From Amphiscolops sp. MND2022 (taxonomy: Eukaryota): a stretch of 64,000 bases of DNA. Both the position numbers and the translations under genes were made by a program. Where the stretch lies: contig OZ076409.1 in assembly GCA_964187785.1 (NCBI GenBank), forward strand, positions 25,918,001 to 25,982,000, read 5' to 3'. The notes beneath the pieces are model-generated. The model saw only the letters and a program-made list of their open reading frames with translations, made no database searches and had not been told where the DNA came from. Shown here one piece after another: positions 35,897 through 48,498 of this stretch (the first letter of the stretch is position 1; each line of letters begins with the position of its first letter).

Positions 35897-38800
35897 ATGT
35901 CTTCCAATCCAGGTTGGTTTGATTTTCTCTTTCTTTCAAACAAGCTTAGCTTGATCAAGGCTAAACATTGTTCACATGACGCTCCCTGTTTCCATCAGTC
36001 AGACACGTGAAAATACGTTTCATTCAATTTTCAATACACTTCCGGAAGATTTCTAACGCGGCAAAATGGACTCTTTCCAAGGAAGCATACCGCTAAATTT
36101 TATCTCTTTCTATTTAGATAATCAGACTTCTGAGATTGAGATTACATCAAACCCTGCAGGATTACCACAGACAATTCCCAGTGAAAGTGTTACCCAGAAC
36201 GCGGCAGATATTGCCAGGACCGTAACTTCCCCTCAGAGCGTCGAAAGTGAAGTGGACGTCAATGCTTATGCGGAGGCCAAAATGCATGAGATGGAGATTG
36301 AGCAAGCTCAAACGCAGCAACAACCACTCACTGGTAGTTCCAACACGGCGACGTCTGTTGCTGCGACTTCCGCTGGAGCCCAAACTCTTGATTGCATCGT
36401 CCCAGTGCGGTCTAGTACCCCAATACCAGTAGACGCAGCTGGTACTTCCCAAGCTAGCCTGAACACATTAGAATCAGGCCTAAAAGTCATGGATCGTCCT
36501 TTGAGCCAATTGCCTGAACTTATCCCAGCAACCCAAATGGAAGCCACTGCTACATTGTTAGGGAGAGCACCAGATGACGAAGATTGTGAATCCTCCGTGT
36601 ATGAGGTCCCCGTGCTACCCACACATGAACACAAAGTCCGGTTTCTGACCGACTTGAGCGAAGCTGAGAAAACTGCTGGAGAGACGAGTAGCGTTGGTTG
36701 TCCTTCCCTTTACGGGGGTATCCCCGGGTTGTCCGAATCTGGAGATGAAACTAACGACCCCGCTGATACAACTGTCCTCAGTCAACACCAGTCCAACCCA
36801 GTTACATCTACTTCCCGAAGTCATGACTTCCAACCTCCTGAACTCTCTGGAAGAGCACGCGCCATATTGAAAACTTACTTTGAAGAGACAAATGCCTTCA
36901 GGTTCCCGCCGGGACAAACAGCAGTTGTCTTCACAGAGTCCCAAGTATACCACTTGTTGCGAGTCTTGACTGATGAAACGCTCCGGATGTCCCACTCTGC
37001 GATGGAACGAATGATTTTGGATGCCGTCCGGGGCAGTCCTACAATTGTCCCGCCTCGCACTGGCCATTTCAAGTCAAGGACACGAGCACAGACTCCTTTC
37101 AGGCATGTCGATAGTGAATCAAGTGATACTGAGACCGGCGATCTACCAGTTATCGATTCCGAAGGACAAGCTACTACGGACCATGGTGAGTTGGGCGACT
37201 CCTCCTCGTTTGGGGAGAGTGACAGTGCTGGTGAGATGGCCTTGATTTCAGCCACATTCAAGACTCCTATCAGAACAACTGATGTTCAGCCTACTTCATC
37301 CACAGTACTGCCTGGAATCACACAGCCAGGTAGTCAGGAGACTGACCAAAGCAGCCAAGATATCACCCTGTCAGAGGTGAAGGAACAGACGCTACAAACC
37401 AGGGCAAAGATGCAAAGTAGGAAGACTTCAAAGGCCAAAAGATTGCCTCAACGAGGGGTCCCGATGCGAGAGGAGTTCTTTGCCAAAATTGGGTGGACTC
37501 GGTCTTTTATCTCCGGTCCAGCAGATCCGATCCACAATCCCTACATGGTTTGGTGCCATATTTGCAAGAAGAATTTCTCGATCAGGAGCAAGGGAACAAT
37601 GGAGATAGTCAGGCATCATCGGACTGAGAAACACCTCCGAAGGGACCAGAGATGGAGGTACGAACACTTAAAGAGTACTGACCCAATTACGCTCAAGACC
37701 CACCATCGCGTCCGAGGCAGAAATGGGAAAATCCTGAGTAAAATAGAACTGGCCAAAGAGCTCCCCAAATTTATACACATGGAGTTGGTTGACATTGGAG
37801 AGCGTTTTCCTTTTTACGAGGATTTCGTCCGGGGCAGGACTGCTCCCTTAGCTACGCCTGAGTCCCGTGCAAGAACTCAGCTGGTCTTGGTGGCTGACTT
37901 CATCCAGAGCCATGGTGATATTACTGTCCTCCGCAACATGTGGGCCAAAATCAGTTCAGTTACTGACCATCAAGCTTCTCTCTGTGACTTCGATTGGGGA
38001 GAAGAGAGAATGACCGTAAGTATTATTTGCTTCCTCTCTCTTCAGGTCATCTCTTTTCCTAAGTTGTTATATTTTGGTTCGTGTCATTTTTAGGCGGTAT
38101 TCCAACACTTCTTCAACTGTGCCATGAGTGACGTTGCTGACCAGATCTCCTCCCTTCAATGCTTTGCTTTGGAATTCGAGGACCAGGGGCCTAACCGGTT
38201 CATGTCTGTGAAGTTCTGGAAAGGCCAAAGCTTGTGCAGAGTCGTTGTTTGTCGTAGCAGGCTACCTTCCACTGACCTCACTGGAGAATTTGGATCCCTG
38301 GCACGGCTACTATCCGCAGTCTCGACAAAGGCAGACGTGGTGGCCTGCTCTGGATGTCCGGCTGACCTGATCCGGACCATAGACGAGGTCTCCACTTCGG
38401 CGCGAGCTGTCCAAAGTTGTTTCAGATTCTGCCAGCTCAACTTGTCCAAATTGATGCACAAAAAGAACTACAGTGTATTTGGCCACATAGACTTCTTTTC
38501 AGTTTTTCGCGGTTTGATCATCTCTTTGGGCGGATCGACTGATGAGGACTGGGTACGACGCAGTCCCGAACTAGCCAAGGTAAGTGGTCTCTCGCATCTT
38601 ATCGTAGCATAACTGTGTATGCATTATGGTTTTAAACAGCATTTTGCATTTGCATCGTGTTTCCTTTCAGGCTATTTCCAAGAGTGACATAGATCTCCCC
38701 ACATTGCCTGCCTTGTGCCAAGAGCTCATGGACGAGTGGAAGTTTGTGGTTTCATTCCTTACACTACATTCCCCCAAACAGCAGGGCCAAGGAGTCAGGA

Positions 38801-40188
38801 CTAGAGTAAGTAACTCAGCTTGGGTTCCGCCCTTCTCCCTTAGGTGGGAGACGTTATAATTTCGTCGTGAATTTTGTTGCAGGTTCAGAGCTTTGAGTGG
38901 TCGCTCATCTGCGATGAGTTCTTCCTGGTGAAGCTGGAATTCTTCTATCACCTTATTAGTGATTGTTAGTTTATTACGCTAGGCTAGGGTTTTCCCTTTA
39001 GACTAATACGTCTAAGTTTTCTGCGTTTTAGACAACTCCAGTTTCTCTTCTAACTTACAGAGGCGACGAGATTCTTCCTTCTATCTTTGTGGGGAAGTTG
39101 CCCGTTATGTCTACAGACTCTGCTTTAGATGTTATACTGCGGACACCATCCCTCTTGAGAGCTCGTGGTTTCTACTCCTAAATTTCCAAACTAGTGGGAG
39201 AACGTTTCTGTCAGCTGACGAATTCCTCACCCGACTGAATATGAAAAACAAAGTAGCCAGGGCCAGTAAGCAAAAGTCAGAGGGTGTTCATTCTGGGAAG
39301 AAAACTGACAGGTCTGCAGTACAGAAGACCGCTGAGTCCATCAAGAATGATTTCGTCCAGGATTGTCAAAACTTCCTCCAATTCTTGATAGGGGGCGTTC
39401 TTCATCAGGCTGGTCTCTGCTCAAATCTTGTTCGGGGTCTTGCCGCTTTCGACCCGTATATCATGGTGAAAAGGCCCACCGAAGTAGCGCTTCGTCACTT
39501 TGACCTGTTATACCGGACTTTTCAGCTCAGGTCTTGGGTCAGTTCGGCAAATGAGTCTGCCTGCCGCGATGAGTACGTGGAGCTGTTGGACCACCTCAAA
39601 GCTTCTTCTCCGCTTTCGTTTGATGTCAGTCAAGGTTCACCGGACCTTATTGATTTCTTCATCAATCTCGACTTTATGCAAGAACATAGCAGACTGTTGT
39701 ATCTGTTCAAGTTAAGTTGTTTGTGCGTTACGTCTGAGAGCCCTCAATACCCGATGGTAACCATTGGAACTATCAGCACATCAGGCTATCTGAACAGACT
39801 CACAGATGTGGTCTTGCCTGCCCAGAGTTATCTGTCTGGTGTTCCGGACTCCACTGCCTTTTGCACTAGTGACTCTAGTTTGGCCAAATTCTCTGTCCTC
39901 TCTGCCTCTTTCGGTGAAACTGCCTCGTCTAGTTCATACGACCCCTGGACTTTCGTTGACGAGTTTGGCAGGAACAAAATTTACAAGACTCTTCTTGCAT
40001 CATATCGTTCTGCTCTTTCCGGATTAGGCGAAGGGAGCCTTGATGAGACAGCATCCTCCAGCGTTGGAGATATGCCTGCTGTGGTCCCGCCCAGCAGCCG
40101 TAAACGGAGACGTATGGAGAAGAGTAGATCTTGTTCGAGAGCCTCATCCGTCGACAAAGAGTCTCCCGTTGGTTGTTCTAAGGACTAA
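35897..40188 (+). CDS. Six-exon antisense gene of element C, predicted 1257 aa; BED-type zinc finger plus hAT-transposase-like body
   Basis: Exons 35897-35912, 36118-38015, 38094-38579, 38671-38805, 38883-38964, 39032-40188. All introns are GT-AG with compatible phases (1,0,0,0,1); total 3774 nt with no internal stop. Finger VWCHICKKNFSIRSKGTMEIVRHHRTEKH at ~37548-37633. Confidence 0.85.
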
Positions 40189-40426
40189 TTGTACATATGT
40201 ATTTATGTACTTACAAACTGTAAACTTTGTTAATTTTCTGTTTTGTTGTCTTTTGTATCTCCGTTTGTTGTAATCCCTCTGTATTTATTTACCTGAAAGG
40301 GGTTCCTCAAGTGTCCCATTATTTATTCAAGAAACTTATTGCATGGGACTGGAAAAATTAAAAATGAGAAGATAGAAGAAAAGAAATAGGTCCAGGGCTT
40401 GTCTCCTGGCCAGAATTCAATCTTTT

Positions 40427-43400
40427 CTAGTATCTAAAGTCTTCTGAGTAGTTTGGGTTAGGGTTAGGCCTGAGATTATATTTTCCTCCTCTAGGGCTCA
40501 GACTTTCATTTCTAGCATCGTTTTCGGATATTTCGGGCACGATAATATCATCCCCCCTTTTCGGAGAATTTTGTGCGTCATTTTCATTCGTCAAATCTCT
40601 TTCTGAGAGAATTTCGTCATTTTTCGGTCTTTTGTCCAGATTCGGCAAAATTTGTTCTTGAGTTTTGGGGTAAATGGCCGGATTCGGCCAATCAGATTTG
40701 CTGTTGCTAGCCGGTTCACTAGCGTCATTTTCTGTTGTGACGTCATGATTTAATCTTTCATTCCGGCTTCGCGCCGCGTGGTCAGCGTAGTTTGTTTCGT
40801 CTCTCGTGATTATGTAATCCACTTCATTCTCGTCTACGTCACTGTGACTCGGTTCTGCCGCAAGCGGTTGTTCGTCATTGGGTAAGCTGGTCGGAATAGG
40901 ATCATGTCCTCGTGTAATAAGCTGCTCGCCAAAGTCGGTTTCCCATGTGATTATATATAAGTCATCTTGCGGAATAACAATTTCTTCGTCAGGCTGTAGC
41001 TGCTGTTCTTGGAAATTGTCCTCAAGAGGCTGATTAGGGACAAACTTTTTAAGGCGAATTCGATGCAGTATTTGAGTTTTGTTTGTGTTGATTCGTCGTA
41101 CTATATAATTTTCGTTGGGTAAAACCTTTTGGATTATAAATGGTCCAACCCAGCGATAATCGCGGAATGGAATCTTTGATCCTTGGTGATCCGCTTTCGG
41201 CTGTAAGACAAAACAGAATTCATTCTCCTTCAATGGAGCAGCTTTCGCTTTGCGGTCATAATATTCCTTGTATTTGATATATGACTGCATAATATTTTGC
41301 TTCGTTTTGTCTATTAGGGTTTTCGTCCTGTTCTGGATTTCTTCAGCAAATTCGGTTGTAGGGCTGATCTTTTCGTTTGGATTATTTCCAAGCTTATGAT
41401 CCAGGATATTGTAGGGAATTCGGCCATGGAATACTCTCGTTGGTTCACAGCCGATGCTGGCATGGTAGCTTGTATTATGATTCAGCACTGCTAATGGCAA
41501 GTTTTTATGCCATTGTCGGCGGTATTCCCCACATGCCATTTTGAGATTTGTCTTTAATGAGGCATGGGTCCGCTCCAATTTCCCAATTGTTTGCGGGTGT
41601 TTCGTCGTCGCGCATTTGAGTGTAATTCCCAAAATTTGCGTAACCTCCGCGATAATTGTAGAAGTAAATGCGGTACCTTTATCAGTGATAAGCGTTGTTG
41701 GCAAGTACGCATGTTTTGTCATGATATCAATGAGCGCTTTTGCTACATTGATCGCTGATGCGTCCGTAAGAGGGTAAGCAAACAAATATCTAGAAAATAC
41801 ATCGATTGCCGTTAGGACGTTTTCGTATCCTCCACTTGGGGGAAGATTCGGCAGTAAGTCAATCTGCATGGCGTCTTCAGGTCCAAGGTCCCATTCGGGC
41901 AAATTGAGCAGTTCAGGTGTGATCGTTGCATTAGGGACTCTCTTGTTTCTGGCACATTGTTCACACCCTTCTACCCACTTTTTGACGTGTTTAGCCATGC
42001 TAGGGTAGTAATATCTCTGTCTGATTTCCTGCAGCATTTTTGAAATTCCGGGGTGTTTATGCGCTGTCCCGTGAAGGGATTGAAGCAATTCCCGGAGTAA
42101 ATGTTGCGGGAGTAAAATCTGATGGTATTTCACATTCCCTGTCTCATCAAAATATTGCCTTGTCAGGATTTCGTCTTTTAGGGCAATTCGTTCCATATTG
42201 TTTGCATAATGTCTGTATCGGGCGTCCTGGTGTAGTATGTTCTCTGAGTAATCTTCATGAAGGAGCTTTGCCTTCAGCTGCTGTAATACTGCATCTTTGG
42301 ACTGCTCGATAATGATCTGGTTCGTTTTCCTTAGACGGACTTCGATATCTGGTTGTTGTTTTACCAGATTTGTAGACAGAGTTTGTATTGTGACAGTGGG
42401 CTCTTCGATCACTGGATTTGTCCTGATTGCTTCCTTTCTAGCGCAGTACTGTTCCTCTGTCTCATCGTCATCGTTTGTGTAGAATATTTGTTCCTCTTGG
42501 GATACCCTTGAGGATTGGACATTGATTTCTATTGGTAAGGTTTGCACATCTTCCCGAATTTTCATGACCAATTTGTCCTTCGGGTCTGCCTCCAATCGGG
42601 ACAGATAATCTGCGGCTGTATTTTGTGCCCCGGGATATGCGCTATGACAAAATTAAACTGAATCACATAATCACACGCATTCCAGAGTGCTGGGGGTATA
42701 ATTTTCGTCTGGAAAAATCTTGTTACAGCCTTATTGTCAGTAAGGATTATGACCGGTTTGGGCGCACCCCAGAATATATGCCCAAATTCTTTGAATGCAA
42801 AATAAATTGCAAGGAATTCCTTGGCATAAATTGACATTTTGATCTGTGCTGGGGTGAAAGTTTTTGATCCGTACGCAACTGGTGCATACGATTTTCTGAG
42901 TGACGTAAATTTCTGGCTTGGGTCGTCTTCGATTAGGACCGCGTACCCGGCTGCACCAAAACTTGCATCAGTCATTAGTGCTATTTGTTTGTTCGGAATG
43001 GGTTGTTGTAGGGCCAGGTCGCAACATTTGTCTAGTGCTCTATTGATTTCTTCGAATTGTTGGACTAATTCTTTCGATACTAGGACCTTTTCGTCGCTTT
43101 TGAGCATCTTGTAGAATGGAGCAAGGCGTTCGGAGAGTCTTGGGACATAATTCCTGTAATAGTTTAGGAATCCCAAGTAGCGCTGTAAAGCCTTTTTCGA
43201 CTTCGGGAATTTGGTCTTTTTCAGAAAGTTTTGCACATTCTGTTTCTGGGGTTTGACGCCTTGTGGGGTAATAGTCCGTCCGAGAAAATCGATTTCTTTT
43301 GCACCGAAGTGACATTTGTGCATTGTTAACTTAAGGCCTGCTTCCTGAATGCATTTGAATGTAGCTCTCAGGTTCATCATGAGGTGGTCAACATCATTGG

Positions 43401-45186
43401 CTGCGATGCCGATATCGTCCACATACTGGGCACACTGATCTGCTTTGATGACTTTGTCGAGGTATTCCCTCATGAAACTTGAGAATGCGGATAGTGACCG
43501 GCTAAGGCCTTGTGCCAAACGTCTGTAGGCAAATGTGCGACTGGCAAAATTGAAAGCTAACATTTCGATTGAGCGTTGGTCGGCCATTGGTAGGCAGTGG
43601 TATGCCTGCGAACAGTCTAATTTACAGAACAGTTTTTTGCCTGCCAAGTGTTGGGCAGCATCAACCAAGGTGCTAACAGGGTGATTATTGTTGATATAAT
43701 CATCCGAGATGAGGTTGTTGATTTTTCTCAAGTCAACCAAAAGTCGTAGCTTCCCATTTGGTTTCTTTTGGGCGAATATTGGGCTTGCATACTTTGAGAA
43801 CGGTAGTGTGGTTATTATGCCATATTTGTGCAACATGGCTAATTCGACTAGGATGTCCTCCTTCAGATTGATAGGAGCTGGAAGGCTTTGACTATAGGCT
43901 GGGGAATCGTCCTTAGGTGTCAGTTTCACTTTGAATTCCTCGTTCATGCCTATATCAAATCGGTGTCGTGCAAAGATGTCATGGAATTCCACTAACAATT
44001 CCTCAATTTTCTCCTTCTCTTCAGGAGTAAGGGTGGAATCTTTCCAGTCAAAGTTTTCTAAGAATTTTGCACGCGATTCTGCATCTGTGGTGGGGTCGAG
44101 TGTCTCCAGGTCCTGTAAGGCCTGTAACTCGCGTAGGATTCGTTTTTGTATAGGTGTGTGTTCCTCAGGATTTCCAGGGTTTTCTGGAGTTGGGAACCAA
44201 TAATTTTCGGAGTTTTGTGGATTTCTATTGGTTTTGATGAGACTGCTGACATAATGGGCCGCTTGCTCCTGGTCATTCTGCAAAAGGTGCCAGGTTGATG
44301 CCGGGTCTACCGGTTTGACATACTTCATCTGTTCTGGCGTCATGACAGAGAAATTGGCAATATGTAGTCCCTTTTTGAGTTTATAAGGGTGGTCTGTGAA
44401 GTTGCTCACTGGTATCGATATATTGCCGTCATTCAGAGTGACCAAGGCTGGGCAGAATGTGATGTCACCTTCTTCATGTAGGAGGTCGCTCGGTTGCAAA
44501 ATCCCAGTGACAGCATTTTCAGGGTATAGTAAGGAATTAGTCCGGATTAGGACTCTGTCATTTGGCGGGATTGTTATTTCAGCAGGGTTGAGGATTGGTT
44601 CAAGTACGTTTGAGTACTTATGGTCAGCTGTTTTGAGCTGCATTGAAAAGAACGGGAAATTCAAAATTCCTTGTCTCATGTCCAGTACTGTATGATTTCG
44701 TTGAAGGAACATTAGGCCGATAATCGGACCTGTCAGGTGTTCCATGACTATAAAAATCTCATGAAACTCAATGTCACCAACTTCAAATTTGAGCTCTATG
44801 GTACTCTTAGGAGTTTCCAATTGCCCATTAGCAACCATGATTTGGAAATTTGGAGGCGGACCTTCCCGGATAACAGATTGTGGAGATAGGAGTCGAATTT
44901 TCCGGAGGTCCATCTCAGGAATTGCACTGGACACCGCTCCAGTGTCGATAAGTCCGTCTATGGTCAACTCCCCAAAGTCCATGGGGAAGTACAACATGCG
45001 TTTTTTGCATTTGAGATTGATGTTGGTTGACAATGGTACACAGTCTGGTTCACCGTCCCTGGTGATTAAGATATTCTGGAATTGCTTCTCGTCTAATAGT
45101 GATTGTGGTATGGGTTGAGCAACGTCTTCATGGGTCTCGGTCCCTAATGGGTTTGGGAACACTGGATGGTTGGTGCCATCATTCAT
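40427..45186 (-). CDS. pol: pol of element C (PR, dUTPase-like relic, RT, RNase H, integrase) with a 1-nt frameshift near 42630
   Basis: LIDTGA; QYVDD; TDAS/AKE/TDN; integrase H..H..CEQC, IDLL, TDKG, LERTH. Adding one G to a G-run restores AHIPGAQNTAADYLSR, joining ORFs 42562-45186 and 40427-42595. The pol frame extends up to ~45640 with one TGA near 45425. Confidence 0.93.
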
Positions 45187-45628
45187 TTGCCAGTTTTCAA
45201 CTAGTGCTCTGGTCTTTTTATTGTGGGTGATTGGAGGGTTCTCGTGGACCGTTCTATTATAGTGCTCGATGTCGTCTAAGACATATTGAAATTGTAGTTG
45301 TTCCTGGTTGTAGATTTCTGTGTCCCAATAGGGGTCTCTGCCGTAGTCTGGATCTATGTAGGTAGGGTTGTAATTGTCAACCAGGGGAATAGGCCTGAAT
45401 CGGGTAGTGAGGTAGTAGTATAATCAGGGTCCCAAACAGGAATTGGTTTTTGGAACAAATGTGTGTTGTTATATGTGATGGTTATTGCTTTATCCATCTG
45501 TTGCTGCCAGACAACAGAGGGATAGCCCATCAATTGCTGATTGTAATGGTGGAAAGTTTGCGTTGGAGGGTCCGATCTGATGTATTGTCGGACAGATATT
45601 AGTTCGTTATATTGGAGTCGTGGCGAAG

Positions 45629-47350
45629 TTAGTTTTTTGACTCATCATTAGGATATGAGGATTGGGAGCCCGATGATGTCGGTTTGGTCTGGGGTTTCTG
45701 AGCCTTTGGATTGGGCTTATTCTCAGTTGAGTCCTCAGGTCTAGTGCGTTTGGGTTTAAGATGTGCACCAGCACCTTGCCAACATCGTTCTTCCGGGTGG
45801 TTCTTTTTGCCACAAGTGCCACACTCCGGGTATGTTTTCTTCTGAGTTGACTTGCCTTGTTGAGCATCTTTCTCTTTTTTCTTTTTCAGTTTTTCGCAGT
45901 CTTTGACCATGTGGCCTTTTTCCTTGCAATAATTGCAAGTAATGTCTGACATTTGCCCAGTGGACAGAGGAGTTTTAGATTTTGTACTCGAGGAGGTCAT
46001 TGTGGCCATTGGTAGGTCATCTGATTCCTCAAGGGCGTTGAGTTCCAACTCTCTCTCCAAATGAGCAACAATTTCATCATATGAGCCATTTTCTAGTCTG
46101 GCCATGTTGACAGACCGCTTCAACTTAGGTGGCAATTTTGCATAGAGCAAGCTGTCAATCATTCTCTGTGCATGATCACCAAACGCCTTCTCGGCTCCCT
46201 GGTTTAATTCTTCGAGAAAATCAGGCAGCTTCATCGTATTGGGATCGAAGACTAGGTGGTGCCATTTATGTTTGGCAGTCGCCTGTGACTCGGGTTTGAC
46301 GTATTTCCGTCTAAAGATGACTAGTACGTCCTCTAGAGTTTGTCGGTTGCTTGAGCTGATATTTCTGAACGTCTGAAGAGCATTCTTCCTCAATAAAGAG
46401 TGGAAGTGATTGATCTTCATTTGCTCAGTCATTTCTGGCTGCATCTTGATCATAGTGTGAAATAGGTCTTCGAACAGCTCGAATTTCTCACTTTTGCCGT
46501 CGAATGTCATGGTATTTGAGTTGACTGGGCGTATGGTGAGTTGTTGGGCTGTTGGTCTATTTTGCATTGTGGTCAATACGTCTGCCAGTCGGGTGATGGG
46601 GTCGGAGTCAGCAGCCTTAGCGATTCTCTCTTGTGCTGGGATCGTCGTGTCGAGCAGGGGAAGGTCATCATTTGATCTGTTGAGATGACTGGTGGATGGT
46701 ATTCGTCCCGTGAGAAACTCAGGAACTTCGATTGGAGATTCGTTTTCTCCTGTCACCATGTCGTAAGCACGAGGGTTCGTGCTTGTGAATCCGTCTTTCA
46801 GGCGGTCATTGGCCTGCTTACTCTTAGAATTATTCCTAGGTTCTAAGTTTTGCAGCACTTCGGAATATCCTTCTGGTCTCTCGGCCGGAACGTTCCATCT
46901 CTCTTTGGTCAACTGTCCAGACCCGGCCATAACTGCATTTTGGATTTGAGGCAAAATTTGACTACTGATCGCTTCATTTATTGCCCTTTGAATCTGAACA
47001 CTGACGCTGTTCATCATTTCATCCATCTCTCGAGATATACGGGAATTTAACTCGCTCGACAGTCTATTGATCTCAACACTTGAACTCTCCCTGATTGAAT
47101 TTTGGCCTAATTCGGTATTTGGGCTAGGTCCATTATTTCCTGGGTTTGGGAACTCATTCTCATTCTCATCTTCAAGTTCATCTTCAAATAAGCTTTCTGG
47201 CCTACCGGCCTGATTACTATTCATACTTTCACTTCTCTCATTTCTATCAAAGTGGTTTCCTCCGAGCATAATATCCAAATTCTCAATGTCTGATAGCATT
47301 TCTGCTTCTCTAGATTTCCTTGCTTTCTTCTGTTTCCTAGTAGTAGGCAT
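45629..47350 (-). CDS. gag: gag of element C (573 aa), intact, starting inside the 5' LTR
   Basis: Two CCHC knuckles CNYCKEKGHMVKDC and CGTCGKKNHPEERC; capsid-like TFDGKSEKFELFEDLF region; the ATG is 592 nt inside the LTR. Confidence 0.93.
   Translation of the reverse strand: MPTTRKQKKARKSREAEMLSDIENLDIMLGGNHFDRNERSESMNSNQAGRPESLFEDELEDENENEFPNPGNNGPSPNTELGQNSIRESSSVEINRLSSELNSRISREMDEMMNSVSVQIQRAINEAISSQILPQIQNAVMAGSGQLTKERWNVPAERPEGYSEVLQNLEPRNNSKSKQANDRLKDGFTSTNPRAYDMVTGENESPIEVPEFLTGRIPSTSHLNRSNDDLPLLDTTIPAQERIAKAADSDPITRLADVLTTMQNRPTAQQLTIRPVNSNTMTFDGKSEKFELFEDLFHTMIKMQPEMTEQMKINHFHSLLRKNALQTFRNISSSNRQTLEDVLVIFRRKYVKPESQATAKHKWHHLVFDPNTMKLPDFLEELNQGAEKAFGDHAQRMIDSLLYAKLPPKLKRSVNMARLENGSYDEIVAHLERELELNALEESDDLPMATMTSSSTKSKTPLSTGQMSDITCNYCKEKGHMVKDCEKLKKKKEKDAQQGKSTQKKTYPECGTCGKKNHPEERCWQGAGAHLKPKRTRPEDSTENKPNPKAQKPQTKPTSSGSQSSYPNDESKN
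45632..45638 (-). other. Putative -1 ribosomal frameshift heptamer A AAA AAC
   Basis: Immediately precedes the gag stop TAA; the pol frame is -1 relative to gag. Confidence 0.7.
46747..46758 (-). promoter_or_regulatory. Primer-binding site TGGTGACAGGAG of element C
   Basis: Abuts the 5' LTR end ...ACGACA; shared with element A. Confidence 0.8.
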
Positions 47351-48498
47351 TTAGAACGAAAGTCCAAGGTTAATATTGAATTAGTTCGGAAAACTGGTAA
47401 TATCAATGAACTGAACGTTATGAAAAGAAAGCAAATTGTGTCCCCTCAGAAGGGGGGTATATATATATATACCTCCTGAGGCATGACACTCACATTTTCC
47501 ACATATTATTGAAATGTTTACATATTCTAAAGGATCGTGAGATTTTACGAGGATTGAAAAATAGCTATTGCATCAAAGTGATTCAGGAATTTAGGGTCGG
47601 ACGAATTCCTGAGGAATGCACTCAATTACATACTCATGATGGCTTCAAAGTACGGGGGACGGTTTAGTCCGCATTCCCGTAACAATTAACATCAAGGCAA
47701 ATACATGTTCAGACACTTCAAAGTAATATTTGTGTCAACAGGTATGTGAGATATCTAAGGCACGTGCCTGCACACGCAGGCTAATTCATCAGGTAGCAAC
47801 TCTAATTATATGCACTAATAAAAGGTGAGCGCGGCCCAATTCGGCCATTTGACAAAGGTACCAGCCAATTAAAGTGACCGGTTTAGCCCGCTGGACTAGT
47901 ATTTAGAGTTTTATGACCGGTGGTCACAACTACATCAATTGGGTTTAAATAGCCCCATTAGCGCCTTCTAAATACAAATATAATCCTACATGACTTTAAA
48001 TAACATGCATACTCAAATTAAACAATTACATAAGCTAATAGTTGGAATGGCCTAATCCGGCCATTTACCTTTGGTTCGCTTACAAAATAAAGTATAGCGT
48101 CAAGTGGCTGTATACGGCCAAACAAATATGACAGTATAATGCACAGCAGGATAGAGCGTTCTGATTGGCTAATGAAATGAGCTCAAGTGACGTCTCCGGA
48201 ATTGGAGTTTTGTTCACTTGAACTCGTTTCCTTTAAGCTTTACATTTGCCTTTATTACATTACGTCACTGCTAAACAATTCATCATATAAACATAATCAT
48301 CACCGTTTGAATTCTAACACGGGTATTAATCAGACTAATATTCAATCCGAATACATAATGAATGTAATAAAACAACAGTGAGTTTTACTGAAAGTTTTGA
48401 ATAATTCTCCTAAAATGTGGGTAGAGTGCCTGGTACGGCTTCTTGTTCGTTAGTAGTCGTTGTGATTCGTGTCCCATCGCAAGCGGCAGCCTGCGACA
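46759..48498 (-). repeat. 5' LTR of element C (1740 bp)
   Basis: Direct repeat of 32544-34307, followed on plus by TSD GGGAT. Confidence 0.97.

Larger units (their letters stand above)
32544..48498 (-). mobile_element. Ty3/Gypsy LTR retrotransposon C, 15,955 bp, with two accessory genes
   Basis: Long direct repeats with TGTCG...CGACA termini; 5-bp TSD GGGAT at 32539-32543 and 48499-48503; PBS; gag and PR-RT-RH-IN. Confidence 0.97.

Noticed and set aside
36066..38093. 675-aa ORF as a standalone gene
   Set aside because: Its first 17 and last ~25 codons fall in predicted introns (acceptor 36117, donor 38016); it is exon 2 of the spliced gene.
35500..40420. Nested autonomous hAT transposon
   Set aside because: No TIRs or 8-bp TSD seen and catalytic motifs appear lost; not fully excluded without comparing copies.
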